From Verrucomicrobiota bacterium (lineage in GTDB: Bacteria > Verrucomicrobiota > Verrucomicrobiia > Opitutales > Seribacteraceae), in assembly GCA_027622665.1 (NCBI GenBank), contig JAQBYT010000001.1:1-64000 (forward strand): a stretch of DNA of 64,000 nt, in the 5' to 3' direction. A program made the translations under genes and the position numbers. The notes beneath the pieces are model-generated. The model did not search any database and was not told where the DNA came from. It saw only the letters and a list, made by a program, of their open reading frames with translations. Positions 39,818-50,591 of this stretch are shown piece after piece (the first letter of the stretch is position 1; each line of letters begins with the position of its first letter).

Positions 39818-39898
39818 ACGAAGATTGACGATTAAGGCACCAATCATGAGAACAAAATAGCTTTCGATCAAATCCTCAATGCCAAGCAACAAGAAATT

Positions 39899-40840
39899 AT
39901 GTATAAAATACTCATCAGTTCAATTCTCAGCATCAGCTCGGTTGGCTTTCTCTTTCCAGAAAAAGGCACTGCCTCAGTTGTGCTTAAAAAGGACGACGTC
40001 GCAGTTGTTGTTACGGTGGACGGCAAACTCTTCACCAAATACGTCTACAATGACGAGAAGCGAGCGAAGCCAATCTTGTACCCGGTGATAGGGCCGAACG
40101 ACATTCCCATGACTAGACGATACCCAATTGAAGAAGCCGGAGAGGGAGAAGCCAAGGATCACCCTCACCATGCCTCGCTTTGGTATACTCACGGGGAAGT
40201 AAACGGTATCAGCTTTTGGCACATCGGGAAGGATACCGGAAAAATTATCCACGAAAAATTCCTAAAACTGGAAGGTAACGTCATCGCCACTCGAAACAAG
40301 TGGGTTGATTCAAAGGGGCAGGTCGTGTGCCGTGACGAGAGCATGCTCGCTTTTCACGGTGAAGGCGACGACAGGGCAATCGACGTAACGGTAAAGATTC
40401 TCGCCGATTCCGGCGACGTCACTTTCGGCGACACGAAGGAAGGGTCAATGGGGATAAGGTCCAACCCGATTCTTCGCCTAAAAGGATCGGTCGCCAAAGG
40501 CAAAGCACTCAACAGCGCCGGCGACACTGGCCAGGCGCTGTGGGGGAAACGGGCCTCTTGGGTCTCCTACTGGGCCCCACTGGACAAAAAAGTGGTTGGC
40601 TTCTCCATCTTCGATCATCCCACCAATCCCAGACACCCGACTTGGTGGCACGCCCGCGACTACGGCTTAGTAGCCGCCAATCCTTTCGGAATCCACAACT
40701 TCGAAAGAAAACCAAAGGGTACGGGGGACATGAAAGTAAAGAATGGTGAGTCCGTAACCTTCCGCTATCGTTTTCTCTTTCATGCAAATGACGCCAAAAC
40801 CGCAGGCATTGCAAAAAGGTACGAGGATTGGGCGAAATAG
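39899..40840 (+). CDS. PmoA-like/DUF6807 family exported beta-sandwich protein
   Basis: KP.LYP..GP, DHPHH..LW..HG.VNG..FW, FDHP.NP..P..WHARDYG...ANPFG. Confidence 0.82.
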   Translation: MYKILISSILSISSVGFLFPEKGTASVVLKKDDVAVVVTVDGKLFTKYVYNDEKRAKPILYPVIGPNDIPMTRRYPIEEAGEGEAKDHPHHASLWYTHGEVNGISFWHIGKDTGKIIHEKFLKLEGNVIATRNKWVDSKGQVVCRDESMLAFHGEGDDRAIDVTVKILADSGDVTFGDTKEGSMGIRSNPILRLKGSVAKGKALNSAGDTGQALWGKRASWVSYWAPLDKKVVGFSIFDHPTNPRHPTWWHARDYGLVAANPFGIHNFERKPKGTGDMKVKNGESVTFRYRFLFHANDAKTAGIAKRYEDWAK

Positions 40841-40875
40841 AACGGGAGGCTATGCCCGTGGGGCAAAAATCTGCT

Positions 40876-41664
40876 TTAACGGGAAATACGGATATTGACC
40901 CCGCTCCTACGCGAAAACCCGGAGGAGGTTCCAATGAACCCGCCGTTGATGCCGTTTAATGAAACACCTCCCGCAAAAGGATTTACGTAAACCGGGGAAG
41001 GGCCTCTAGGCAAAATAACAACGGAGGTATTCGCCGGAATACCATTAGTAAACACAATTTGGCTGGGTTGTTGATAAAGGATGGGGCCGGATACACTCGG
41101 AAGTCCCATAAAATTACCTCCCATTACCATCGGACCACCCACGCCGACGGAGATCGCAGAGCGTGACCGAAAGCCAATGCGAGCCTGCCAGTTGTTCTTT
41201 ACCAAATCAAAGGTCACACCCGTGGTACTAAATCGATTATACCTGCTCGCCAATCGATCATAGCCATTCACCCAAGCTAAAAACGGGGTCGGGCCATTTC
41301 CAATGACGACGGGGCGATAGCCGGGACCATACAATATAGCCTGCCCATACCCAATCCCTCCGGCATTCAACATTTTCATAAGCAACTGCAGATGCCCGGG
41401 ATATTCCTTGCCATAAATAAAATAGCTTTCCTTGGAACCGGTTTGCCAACGCAACACGTAGGTTTGGTCAGCCCCGCTAAAAAGTGAGATTGCACTTTCA
41501 AATGTACGACCATCCTTGCGACGAATCTGTACGATTTCGGATTCCTCGTCATAAGAAATGACGGAAGCATCGATCTTTCGCACTCCATCCGCGCTTGTAA
41601 AAACTCTCCCAAGCAAAGGGATGGTGAACGTGGCCAAAAGGAAAACTGAGAGGAGATGCCTCAT
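40876..41664 (-). CDS. Exported SHD1 (SLA1 homology domain)-like protein with Gly-rich tail
   Basis: R.FTSADG...A......V.IRR.DG....I..FS..DQ.YV..W. Confidence 0.65.
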   Translation of the reverse strand: MRHLLSVFLLATFTIPLLGRVFTSADGVRKIDASVISYDEESEIVQIRRKDGRTFESAISLFSGADQTYVLRWQTGSKESYFIYGKEYPGHLQLLMKMLNAGGIGYGQAILYGPGYRPVVIGNGPTPFLAWVNGYDRLASRYNRFSTTGVTFDLVKNNWQARIGFRSRSAISVGVGGPMVMGGNFMGLPSVSGPILYQQPSQIVFTNGIPANTSVVILPRGPSPVYVNPFAGGVSLNGINGGFIGTSSGFSRRSGVNIRISR

Positions 41665-41815
41665 GTAGATAGTACATAAGCGTACTATCTCCCCTTCCGC
41701 AGGTCAAATGATTATAAAGGTTTTTCTTTTATTGTACCTGAGGGCACTATGAGGTTTTATGTTGGTAATACCTATTTCAAATACCCTATAAATCCCACTG
41801 AAAGGAAATCCTACC

Positions 41816-43312
41816 GTGTCCCGTAATTTCATGAATTCTGTGCTCATCGTCGTTGCCTCGACCTTCGGCTTGGCTTCTATTCAAGCCGCGGAGCCCGCTT
41901 TCGGCATAAAACCCAACGTGATCCTCGTCATCACCGACGATCAAGGTTACGGACCGGTTGGTAAACATGGGCATCCTTGGATCAAGACTCCAAGCCTTGA
42001 TGCCCTGCACGGTCAAAGCACCCGCTTTGAACGTTTCTTGGTTAGTCCAACCTGTTCTCCAACTCGGGCAGCACTCATGTCGGGTCGTCATCCGATGAAA
42101 AACGGGATCACTCATACCATTCTGGAGCGCGAGCGGATGGCCCTGAGCACGGTTACTCTTCCTCAGGTTCTGTCCAAGGCTGGTTATACCTCGGGGATTT
42201 TCGGGAAGTGGCATCTTGGAGACGAGGAAGCCTATCAGCCTCACAAGCGCGGTTTCGACGAGGCTTTCATTCACGGGGCGGGAGGAATTGGCCAAGCTTA
42301 CAAATGTTCTTGTGCCGATGCACCCGGAAACAAGTACTTCAACCCGACCATTCGTCACAACGGATCATTCGTAAAAACCGAGGGCTACTGCACCGACCTG
42401 TTCTTCACCGCAGCACTCGGTTGGATCAAGAAGATGAAGGAAGGAGACAAACCCTTCTTTGCCTATGTCACTACCAATGCTCCGCACGGTCCCTTCATCG
42501 CACCGCCCTCCAATACAAAGCGTTTTACGGATTTAGGTTTTTCAGGAAAGACTGCCGGATTCTACGGGATGATCGAGAACATCGACGAGAACATGGGCCG
42601 CTTGATGAAGAAGTTGGATGAATGGAAGCTTAACGAAAACACCATTCTCATATTCATGTCCGACAACGGCATGACGGGAGGGGGCTCGGGACGTGGAAAA
42701 GTCGGAATTTCCAAGGACGGCAAACCCATGGAAGCGTACAACGCCAACATGAAAGGACAGAAGGGTTCTCCTGACGAAGGTGGAGTTCGCGTTCCTTTCT
42801 TCGTGCGCTGGTCTGGCAAGCTCAAGGCTGGCAGAGAAGTAGACCACCTTGCCGCCCACATCGACCTTTTGCCCACGTTAGCGGACATTGCCGGGATAGA
42901 CGAGTTGCCAAAAGGGCAAGTGGAGGGCCGAAGCTTGGTCCCTCTTCTGAAGAACCCGAAAGCCAACTGGAAGGATCGTCATCTCTTTACGCAGGTTGCC
43001 CGCTGGAGGACCGGTTCAGAACCGACCGACCATATGTGGAAAGGTTTCGCCGTGCGCAACGCCTGCTACCGTCTGGTTGGGAACAGCCTCTACGACATGA
43101 GGAAGGATCCGTTCCAGAAGACCGACGTTGCATCCAAGCATCCCGAGGAGATCAAGTCCATGCGGGCCGCCTACGAAAAGTTCTGGAAAGAAGCCCGCCC
43201 CTTGATGGTAAATGAAAAGGCTCCCATGTCCCCTACCCGTCCCTATCACGTTCTACACGCCAAGCAACTAAAGGAAGGCGGCATCCCCAACTGGCAACCA
43301 CCCAAGTTGTAA
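41816..43312 (+). CDS. Arylsulfatase (exported)
   Basis: KPNVILVITDDQG, CSPTR, GKWHLG, SDNG. Confidence 0.93.
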   Translation: MSRNFMNSVLIVVASTFGLASIQAAEPAFGIKPNVILVITDDQGYGPVGKHGHPWIKTPSLDALHGQSTRFERFLVSPTCSPTRAALMSGRHPMKNGITHTILERERMALSTVTLPQVLSKAGYTSGIFGKWHLGDEEAYQPHKRGFDEAFIHGAGGIGQAYKCSCADAPGNKYFNPTIRHNGSFVKTEGYCTDLFFTAALGWIKKMKEGDKPFFAYVTTNAPHGPFIAPPSNTKRFTDLGFSGKTAGFYGMIENIDENMGRLMKKLDEWKLNENTILIFMSDNGMTGGGSGRGKVGISKDGKPMEAYNANMKGQKGSPDEGGVRVPFFVRWSGKLKAGREVDHLAAHIDLLPTLADIAGIDELPKGQVEGRSLVPLLKNPKANWKDRHLFTQVARWRTGSEPTDHMWKGFAVRNACYRLVGNSLYDMRKDPFQKTDVASKHPEEIKSMRAAYEKFWKEARPLMVNEKAPMSPTRPYHVLHAKQLKEGGIPNWQPPKL

Positions 43313-43330
43313 GGCTCGCTGCAAAATACC

Positions 43331-44383
43331 ATGAGTGACTCACCAAAACTTACCGCCCCTTGGGGCAACACAAAAGGTTCCTCGGGAAATGTATCGAGAC
43401 GTTCGGCCTTCAAGTGGGTAGCCGCCGCCGCAGGAACGGTCGCCACCGCGACGGCAACCACTTCGGCTACCGCCGCTCCCCGCAAGGCCGACGAGCGACG
43501 CAGTTCGCCCAAACGCTACAAGATGAAGAAGTCCATCAACCAGTGGGCCTTTCCCTATCCGGAAAGAATGAACCTGCGAGAATGCCTGCAACTGGCCAAG
43601 GACGCGGGATTCGACGGCATCGAGCTGAACTACGACCTGGAAAACGATCTCTCTCCGAAGAGCGGCACCAAGGAGTATCATGCCATTCGCAAGATGGCGG
43701 ATGATATCGGAATCGCGATAAGCGGTCTTTGCTCCTTCCTCTTCTGGCCCTACCCGTTGACCAGCAACGATCCCAAGGAAAGAAAACGGGGCATGGAATT
43801 GGCGGGGCTCATGACCCAGGCTGCCCACGATCTCGGTGTGGAAAACCTACTCGTCGTGCCGGGAGCCGTCCACATGCCTTGGCGCGAAGACCACGATCCC
43901 ACTCCCAATGATGTCTGCGACAAGCGAGCACGCGAGGCCATCAAGAAGCTTCTCCCCACTGCCGAGAAGCTAAAGGTTAAGCTCAACATGGAGAACATCT
44001 TCTTCAACGGCTTTCTGCTCTCGCCTGAGGAAATGATCAATTTCGTCGATCCCTTCGATAGCGAGTACGTGAACGTTCATTTCGATACCGGCAACATCAT
44101 GCTGTTCCAATTTCCCGAGCACTGGATACCCCAGCTCGGCAAACGAATCCAAAACGTCCACCTCAAGGAATTCTCCAAGAAAGGCACCGACCATTCACTG
44201 GAGTCGTTTCGCCCTCTCCTCGACGGTACCACAAACTGGCCCGCGGTGATCGAGGCCTTCGACGAGACCGGGTACAACGGCTACCTGACTTTCGAGTACT
44301 TCCACCCCTATCCCCACTATCCGGAAGCTCTCATCCATCAAACCGCAGATTCCCTCGACCGTATGCTCGGCATCCATTCGTAA
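43331..44383 (+). CDS. Sugar phosphate isomerase/epimerase (TIM barrel) with Tat signal
   Basis: SRRSAFK twin-arginine; AGFDGIEL, MEN, HFDTGN, VHLKE, TFE. Confidence 0.88.
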   Translation: MSDSPKLTAPWGNTKGSSGNVSRRSAFKWVAAAAGTVATATATTSATAAPRKADERRSSPKRYKMKKSINQWAFPYPERMNLRECLQLAKDAGFDGIELNYDLENDLSPKSGTKEYHAIRKMADDIGIAISGLCSFLFWPYPLTSNDPKERKRGMELAGLMTQAAHDLGVENLLVVPGAVHMPWREDHDPTPNDVCDKRAREAIKKLLPTAEKLKVKLNMENIFFNGFLLSPEEMINFVDPFDSEYVNVHFDTGNIMLFQFPEHWIPQLGKRIQNVHLKEFSKKGTDHSLESFRPLLDGTTNWPAVIEAFDETGYNGYLTFEYFHPYPHYPEALIHQTADSLDRMLGIHS

Positions 44384-44391
44384 GTTAAGCC

Positions 44392-45393
44392 ATGACCCGA
44401 TTCTCCATCCTTCTCTGGTGTTCCCTGTTCGCCACTTTCATCTCCCAGGCGAAACTCAAAGTGTTCGTGCTCGCCGGACAGTCCAATATGCAAGGAGCAG
44501 GGCAAGTGGAAATGAAGGAAAACAGCCGCAACGGAGGACGGGGCACCTTGGCCTATCTGGTCAAAAACGAGAAAACGGCCAAGAAGTACGCCCACTTGAT
44601 GAACAAAAAAGGCGAGTGGATCACCCGCCAGGACGTCTGGATCCGCTACGATGACCGACAAGATGGGTTGCGCCCCGGGTTCGGTTACCGTAACACAAGC
44701 ATAGGTCCCGAATTAGGGTTCGGCTCGGTGGTGGGAGATGCCATCGACGAACCGGTGTTGCTCATCAAGACCTGCTGGGGCGGCAAGAACGTGATGGTTG
44801 ATTTTCGCTCACCTTCCGGAGGCATGCCTCCGAAAGCATTGATGGAACGCATACTGGCTGGTAAAAAGAAGCGGGAACCGGATGCCACCATGAAAGACGT
44901 CGAGGCCCAAGTCGGATTTTATTATCGCGAGATGGTTCGTCTCGTGAACGAAACCCTCAAGGACATCAAAAAGAGCTACCCCGCCTATGACGACAAAGGG
45001 TACGAGTTGGTTGGTTTCGGATGGCACCAAGGTTGGAACGACGGAGGCAGCATGGACAACGTCAACGCTTACGAGGAAAACCTCAGCAACATCATAAAGG
45101 ACCTCCGCAAGGAATGGAAAGTGCCCAATTTGCCAGTGGTCATTGGGGTCAGCGGATTTGGTGGGCGCAAGCAATCGGTCGACCGACGCCTCGGCATCAT
45201 AGCGGCCCAGCATGCCGTGGCCAAACGCAAGGAATTCAAGGGCACGGTCGCCAGCGTGGAAACTCGCGACTTCTTCCGTCCCGCCGAGGAATCACCTTCT
45301 CGTCAAGGCTACCACTGGAACGGCAATGCCGAGACCTACTACTTGATCGGCGAGGGGATGGGACAGGCCATGGTGAAACTATTCAAGAAATGA
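44392..45393 (+). CDS. Sialate O-acetylesterase / SGNH carbohydrate esterase
   Basis: LAGQSNM, GPELGFG, WHQG, C-terminal catalytic His (YHW). Confidence 0.85.
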   Translation: MTRFSILLWCSLFATFISQAKLKVFVLAGQSNMQGAGQVEMKENSRNGGRGTLAYLVKNEKTAKKYAHLMNKKGEWITRQDVWIRYDDRQDGLRPGFGYRNTSIGPELGFGSVVGDAIDEPVLLIKTCWGGKNVMVDFRSPSGGMPPKALMERILAGKKKREPDATMKDVEAQVGFYYREMVRLVNETLKDIKKSYPAYDDKGYELVGFGWHQGWNDGGSMDNVNAYEENLSNIIKDLRKEWKVPNLPVVIGVSGFGGRKQSVDRRLGIIAAQHAVAKRKEFKGTVASVETRDFFRPAEESPSRQGYHWNGNAETYYLIGEGMGQAMVKLFKK

Positions 45394-48053
45394 ATCTGCT
45401 TCGAGGCATCTTCGTCTCTGCCTCGGCAATCGCTTTCGTCCAAGGCGGGTTGCCGGCCGAAGAGGACGCCTGGTGGTCACGTAAGTCGCTGGTCGCACCC
45501 AAGCTTCCTCCGCAAAGCACATGGGCCCGCAACGAGGTAGATCGGTTCATTCTGGCCAAGCTCAAAGCAAGTGGCCTCCGACCATCACAAGAAGCCTCTC
45601 CGCTCGCCCTCGTCCGTCGGGTGACCCATGACCTGACCGGTCTGCCGCCGACCCCAAAGGAAACCGAAGAGTTTCTGGAAGCATTCAAGGCTGATTCGGA
45701 CAAAGCCTACGAAGCCTTGGTGGACCGTCTCCTCGAATCCCCCCGCTATGGCGAACGTTTCGCACGACACTGGCTCGACGTGGCCAAGTACGCAGACACC
45801 TGCGGGTACGACAAAGACAAGTTGCGTCCCAATGCCTGGCCTTACCGAGACTACGTCATACGCTCTTTCAATGAGGACAAGCCCTATGCCCGGTTCGTGC
45901 AGGAACAGGTGGCGGGAGACGCCCTCTTTGTTGATGAACCGGACGGCATTCTCGGACTTGGCTTTCTTGCTGCGGGTCCTTGGGACTTCATCGGCCACTC
46001 GGAGGTTCCGGAAAGCAAGATCGACGGCATGGTCGCCCGCAACTTGGACCGGGACGACATGCTTACCAATGTCCTCAACACCTTCTGCGCCGTCACCATA
46101 CAGTGCGCCCGCTGCCACGAGCACAAGGGTGATCCCATCACACAGGAGCATTACTACAGCCTGCAGTCCGTTTTCGCCGCCGTCGACAAGGCGGACCGTA
46201 AATACGGAACCGATGCCGCAACCGAAAAACATCGTTCCGCGTTAGAGGGCGAGCGCGTTCAATACAGGGCCGAAAACACCAAAATCGAGAAGGATATAAA
46301 ACAGCAAGGCGGCCAGGCGCTGGCCAAGCTCGAATCGCAAATCAAGGCTTTGCAAGCCAAGGCCAAGCCATCAGCCAAACGACCGGAATTCGGTTATCAC
46401 AGCAAGGTCGGGAAGTCTCCCGATCAAGCCAAATGGGTCCAAGTCGACCTCGGCGAACGAGTCGACATCAAGAAAATCGTCCTGCATGCATGCCATGACG
46501 ACTACAACAACATTGGGGCAGGTTTCGGGTTTCCCGTGCGGTTCAGGGTCATTGCCTCCAACCGAGCCGATTTCTCGCGCTCTCAAGTGTTGGTGGACGA
46601 AACAGGACGAGACTTTGCAAATCCCGGATTGGTTCCCATCGAGCACGGGGTTCAGTCTTCCGCCCGCTATATTCGAGTAAAGGCAACGAAATTGGCTCCA
46701 AGATCCAACGACTACATCTTCGCCTTGGCGGAACTGGAGGTCTTGGACGGCAATGGTAAAAACCGTGCCCTAAGGGCCAAGGTTTCCTCGCTCGACTCCA
46801 TCGAGGCCCCGGTTCGTTGGCGGCAAAACAACCTGACCGACGGCATCTGGGCAAAAGGGTCAGACAAGGCAGCCGCCCAAGAAACAGCCAGGTTGAACAA
46901 GGAAAAAACCGCTCTTTTGGCCACGCTCCAGACTCCGGAACGAATGACTCGTCTCGCAGAACTGGAAAAAGCGATCATGCAAACCACCGCCAAGGTCGCC
47001 AAACTCCCCAAGGGCAGCATGGTTTACGCCGCAGCTACTCAATTCAAGGCCCAAGGAAACTTCAAACCGACCAACGGCAAACCCCGCGACATCCGTTTTC
47101 TGCATCGGGGCGAAGTCACCCAACCGCGAGAAGAAGTCAGGCCCGGAACCCTGCCCCTCTTCAAGGATGAAGCGTGGCAGTTCAATCTGCCCAAGAATCA
47201 CGACGAATCCGCTCGCCGAGCCGCCCTCGCCAAATGGCTCGTCCGCAAGGATCACCCGCTCACCTGGCGAACAATCGCCAACCGCGTCTGGCAATGGCAT
47301 TTCGGGCAGGGTCTTGTCCCCTCCCCCAACGACTTCGGCGAACTCGGCCAAACTCCCAGCCATTCCGAACTACTCGACTGGCTTGCCCTTTACTTCCGAG
47401 ACCAGGGTGGTTCCTTCAAGAAAATGCATAAGCTACTCGTGATGAGCGCCACCTACCGGCAGACTTCGAATGGTAACGAAAGCTTTGCCAAGGCGGATTC
47501 AGGTAACCAGTTGCTTTGGCGCATGAACCGCAGGAAACTCTCCGCGGAGGAAATTCGGGACGCTATCCTCTCCGTCAGCGGAAAGCTCAATCTGGAGATG
47601 GGCGGGCCCGGTTACTATCTCTTCGCCTTGGAAAAAACGGCCCACTCGCCCCATTACGAATATCACAAGTTCAATCCGGAGGACGCCAAGAGCCACCGCC
47701 GTTCCATCTACCGGTTCATCGTCCGTTCGCAACCGAACCCCTTCATGACTACCTTGGATTGCGCCGACTCCTCCCAGAGCACCCCAAAGCGCAACGAGAC
47801 CCTCACCTCCTTGCAGGCCCTCAGCCTCCTGAATAATAAATTCAGCATAGCCATGGCCCGACACTTTGCTTCCCGACTTGAAAAAGAAGCCGATGACTTG
47901 CTCGTGCAAGTGAAGCGCGGACACCTTTTGGTCACAAGCAGGGATCCCGCAAAAGAGGAAACTGGTTTGCTGGTGAAATATGCCCAAAGCCACGGCTTGG
48001 AAAATCTCTGCCGAGCCTTGTTCAATCTCTCCGAATTCACTTATTTGGACTGA
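45390..48053 (+). CDS. DUF1549/DUF1553 (PSD1) protein with discoidin (F5/8-like) insert
   Basis: ATG 45390 overlaps previous stop; N.VD.FI, DLTGLPP, YGER.ARHWLD, CARCH, NRVWQWHFG.G, HSELLDWLA; WVQVDLG insert. Confidence 0.9.
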   Translation: MNLLRGIFVSASAIAFVQGGLPAEEDAWWSRKSLVAPKLPPQSTWARNEVDRFILAKLKASGLRPSQEASPLALVRRVTHDLTGLPPTPKETEEFLEAFKADSDKAYEALVDRLLESPRYGERFARHWLDVAKYADTCGYDKDKLRPNAWPYRDYVIRSFNEDKPYARFVQEQVAGDALFVDEPDGILGLGFLAAGPWDFIGHSEVPESKIDGMVARNLDRDDMLTNVLNTFCAVTIQCARCHEHKGDPITQEHYYSLQSVFAAVDKADRKYGTDAATEKHRSALEGERVQYRAENTKIEKDIKQQGGQALAKLESQIKALQAKAKPSAKRPEFGYHSKVGKSPDQAKWVQVDLGERVDIKKIVLHACHDDYNNIGAGFGFPVRFRVIASNRADFSRSQVLVDETGRDFANPGLVPIEHGVQSSARYIRVKATKLAPRSNDYIFALAELEVLDGNGKNRALRAKVSSLDSIEAPVRWRQNNLTDGIWAKGSDKAAAQETARLNKEKTALLATLQTPERMTRLAELEKAIMQTTAKVAKLPKGSMVYAAATQFKAQGNFKPTNGKPRDIRFLHRGEVTQPREEVRPGTLPLFKDEAWQFNLPKNHDESARRAALAKWLVRKDHPLTWRTIANRVWQWHFGQGLVPSPNDFGELGQTPSHSELLDWLALYFRDQGGSFKKMHKLLVMSATYRQTSNGNESFAKADSGNQLLWRMNRRKLSAEEIRDAILSVSGKLNLEMGGPGYYLFALEKTAHSPHYEYHKFNPEDAKSHRRSIYRFIVRSQPNPFMTTLDCADSSQSTPKRNETLTSLQALSLLNNKFSIAMARHFASRLEKEADDLLVQVKRGHLLVTSRDPAKEETGLLVKYAQSHGLENLCRALFNLSEFTYLD

Positions 48054-49507
48054 TGATGAATCCGATGGGCACGCGGAGAGGCTTTCTCAAGCAATCCAGC
48101 TTCGGCGGAATGGCTTTGGCCTCGATGCTAGCTGGGGATCCTCTCTCAGCCACCCCTTCCGTCATGCCCCAAGGGCTCCATCACCCGCCTCGGGCCAAAC
48201 GAGTCATCCAACTGTTCATGGCGGGAGCGGCTAGCCATCTCGACATGTTCGACTTCAAGCCCGAGTTAGTGAAACGACATGGCGAAAAATCGGACTTCGG
48301 CGAACATGTGGAAGCTTTTCAGAACGGACTCGGTCCATGGATGAAATCCCCTTTCGAATTCAAGCGATACGGACGATGCGGCAAGCTCATGAGCGATATC
48401 GTGGCTCCTCTCGGTGAAGTGGTCGACGACATGGCCTTCATTCACAACATGGTGGGGAAAACGGGGGTCCATAGTCAGGCCACCTACCTGCAAGCCACCG
48501 GGTTTCAATTGCCGGGTTTCCCCGGCGCCGGCTCCTGGGTGAGCTATGGCCTTGGTTCAGCAAATGAAGACCTGCCCACCTTCGTGGTCCTGCCCGATCA
48601 CCGCGGGTTCGCCTCCAACGGCCCGAAGAACTGGGGGTCTGCCTTTCTGCCTACTCACACGCAAGGCACCACCATCTTTCCTCAACGCAAGAACCCCATA
48701 GAGGATCTTCATCCCCATGCCGACTACGTCACAGAGGCCAGTCACCGAGAAGGCATCGAATTGGTCAATCAATTGAACCAGCGCCATAGTAGGAGTCGCC
48801 CCGGAGACCCTCGCCTCGATGCCCGCATACGCAGCTATGAGCTGGCCGCCCAGCTTCAATTGTCCGCCACGAGAGCATTGGACATATCCAAAGAACCCAA
48901 GCATGTCTTGAAGATGTACGGTCTAGACAATCCCAAGACGAAGTACCCAAAGGATATCAATCCCGAGGAAGAAACCGAGTACTTCGGTCGCAAGTGCTTG
49001 ATCGCACGTCGACTGATCGAACGCGGCGTACGATTCGTCCAAATCTGGAGTGGCAACGACAATAGTTTTCCTCGCCGCAATTGGGACAGTCACGAGGACA
49101 TGAACCGCGATCACCCGTCCCTTTCACTCGGCATGGCGCGAGGCGTTGCAGGCCTCATTCAAGACCTAAAGCAACGCGGTCTGCTGGAAGACACCATCAT
49201 CCACTGGACGACCGAGTTCGGCCGCATGCCCAGTTCGCAGGCAGGCAAAGGACGTGACCACAACCCTTTCGTCTTTACCAACTGGTTGGCTGGCGGAGGC
49301 ATCAAGGGGGGCACGACCCACGGCGAGAGCGATCAATGGGGATACAAACCCCTCGACCGGAAGCACCCCACCCAAGTCTACGACGTATACGCCACCATGC
49401 TTCATCTCCTAGGCATCGACCACGAACGCCTCACGGTACGCCACAACAGCATCGACCGGCGCCTGACCGATGTTCACGGACATGTGATTGGTGAGTTGCT
49501 TTCTTAA
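48053..49507 (+). CDS. DUF1501 domain protein (Tat signal)
   Basis: TRRGFL, AKRVIQLFM.G..SHLD.FD.KP, WDSH, EFGR.P, GRDH. Confidence 0.92.
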   Translation: MMNPMGTRRGFLKQSSFGGMALASMLAGDPLSATPSVMPQGLHHPPRAKRVIQLFMAGAASHLDMFDFKPELVKRHGEKSDFGEHVEAFQNGLGPWMKSPFEFKRYGRCGKLMSDIVAPLGEVVDDMAFIHNMVGKTGVHSQATYLQATGFQLPGFPGAGSWVSYGLGSANEDLPTFVVLPDHRGFASNGPKNWGSAFLPTHTQGTTIFPQRKNPIEDLHPHADYVTEASHREGIELVNQLNQRHSRSRPGDPRLDARIRSYELAAQLQLSATRALDISKEPKHVLKMYGLDNPKTKYPKDINPEEETEYFGRKCLIARRLIERGVRFVQIWSGNDNSFPRRNWDSHEDMNRDHPSLSLGMARGVAGLIQDLKQRGLLEDTIIHWTTEFGRMPSSQAGKGRDHNPFVFTNWLAGGGIKGGTTHGESDQWGYKPLDRKHPTQVYDVYATMLHLLGIDHERLTVRHNSIDRRLTDVHGHVIGELLS

Positions 49508-49556
49508 TTTCATTGGGTTTGACGTACAAATCCAACGACATAATTGTTAAAGGATA

Positions 49557-50495
49557 ATGGTCACCGACTTAGGACTGGACAAATCGCCGCTGACGGAGCT
49601 GTTTCCCCAACCGCGAAACGCCGAGGAATGGTTGCAATATGCCTTGAGCGAGGAACAGGTCAGGCACTTCAAGGAGCATGGCTACCTGCACAAGGTAAAG
49701 TTGCTGAACGAGGAGCAACTGGACGCCTTGAGAAAACAGTTGGCCGAAATGGTCGATCCCGAGCACGATGGACGTGAGTTCTTTTACGAGTACCACAGCA
49801 ACGAGTCGGAAAGCACCGACAATGTGCTGTTTCATGCCTTGGGAGCTTGGCGAGTGCGACCCGCCTTTCACGACGCCCTATGGAATCCCGCCTTCCTGAT
49901 GGCGGCCTACCAGTTGCTGGGCTCGGGCTTCAGGCTCTTTCACGACCAACTCTTCAGTAAACCGGCCAAGCACGGCAGCGTGGTGGCGTGGCATCAGGAC
50001 TACTCCTACTGGACTTGGACGACACCCATGGCCCACCTCACCTGCTGGATGGGTCTGGACGACGCGGATATCGAGAACGGGTGCATGTACTACGTCCCCG
50101 ACAGTCACCACTGGGGCCTGCTTGAGAAGACAGGCTTGGCCGGCGACATGGATGCCGTGAGAGATGTCCTGACACCCGATCAGTTAGCCGACTTCGACAA
50201 CAAGATACCCGTCGAAGTGAAAGCGGGAGAAGCCGCCTTCCACCATCCTCTCATGATGCACGGTTCCTACGAGAACCGCTCCGCCCGGAAGCGCCGAGCC
50301 ACCTTGATAAACGTCTTCGCCGACGGCGTGATCAGCAACCGGGAAGACGATGGAACCAACGCCCCCGGGGCGGACAACTACCCAAGGGTTCCCAGGGGGG
50401 AACGAATGGGCGGCACTTATTATCCCTTGTTGCTCGATGCCGAGGAAGCATACTCCGGATTCACCGAATCGATCCCGACGATCAACGATGTTTGA
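49557..50495 (+). CDS. Phytanoyl-CoA dioxygenase family (Fe/2OG) protein
   Basis: F...GY, WHQD, W..LDD...ENGC..VP.SH, HGS..N. Confidence 0.9.
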   Translation: MVTDLGLDKSPLTELFPQPRNAEEWLQYALSEEQVRHFKEHGYLHKVKLLNEEQLDALRKQLAEMVDPEHDGREFFYEYHSNESESTDNVLFHALGAWRVRPAFHDALWNPAFLMAAYQLLGSGFRLFHDQLFSKPAKHGSVVAWHQDYSYWTWTTPMAHLTCWMGLDDADIENGCMYYVPDSHHWGLLEKTGLAGDMDAVRDVLTPDQLADFDNKIPVEVKAGEAAFHHPLMMHGSYENRSARKRRATLINVFADGVISNREDDGTNAPGADNYPRVPRGERMGGTYYPLLLDAEEAYSGFTESIPTINDV

Positions 50496-50591
50496 TTACA
50501 GGAAATCTCGCGGACGGCTGAAAGAAGAAGCGGTTGCAACAGCCCGTTCTCGCTTACAAACATTCGACTGTATTGCCTAGCTAATCGTTCG

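Noticed and set aside
39899..40840. Methane monooxygenase and methylotrophy (PmoA label plus HPS-like gene)
   Set aside because: Soluble exported protein, not the membrane pMMO subunit; no pmoB/pmoC or phi
45021..45389. N-terminal extension of the 1010-aa ORF
   Set aside because: Overlaps the esterase; ATG at 45390 gives a signal peptide and stop/start coupling
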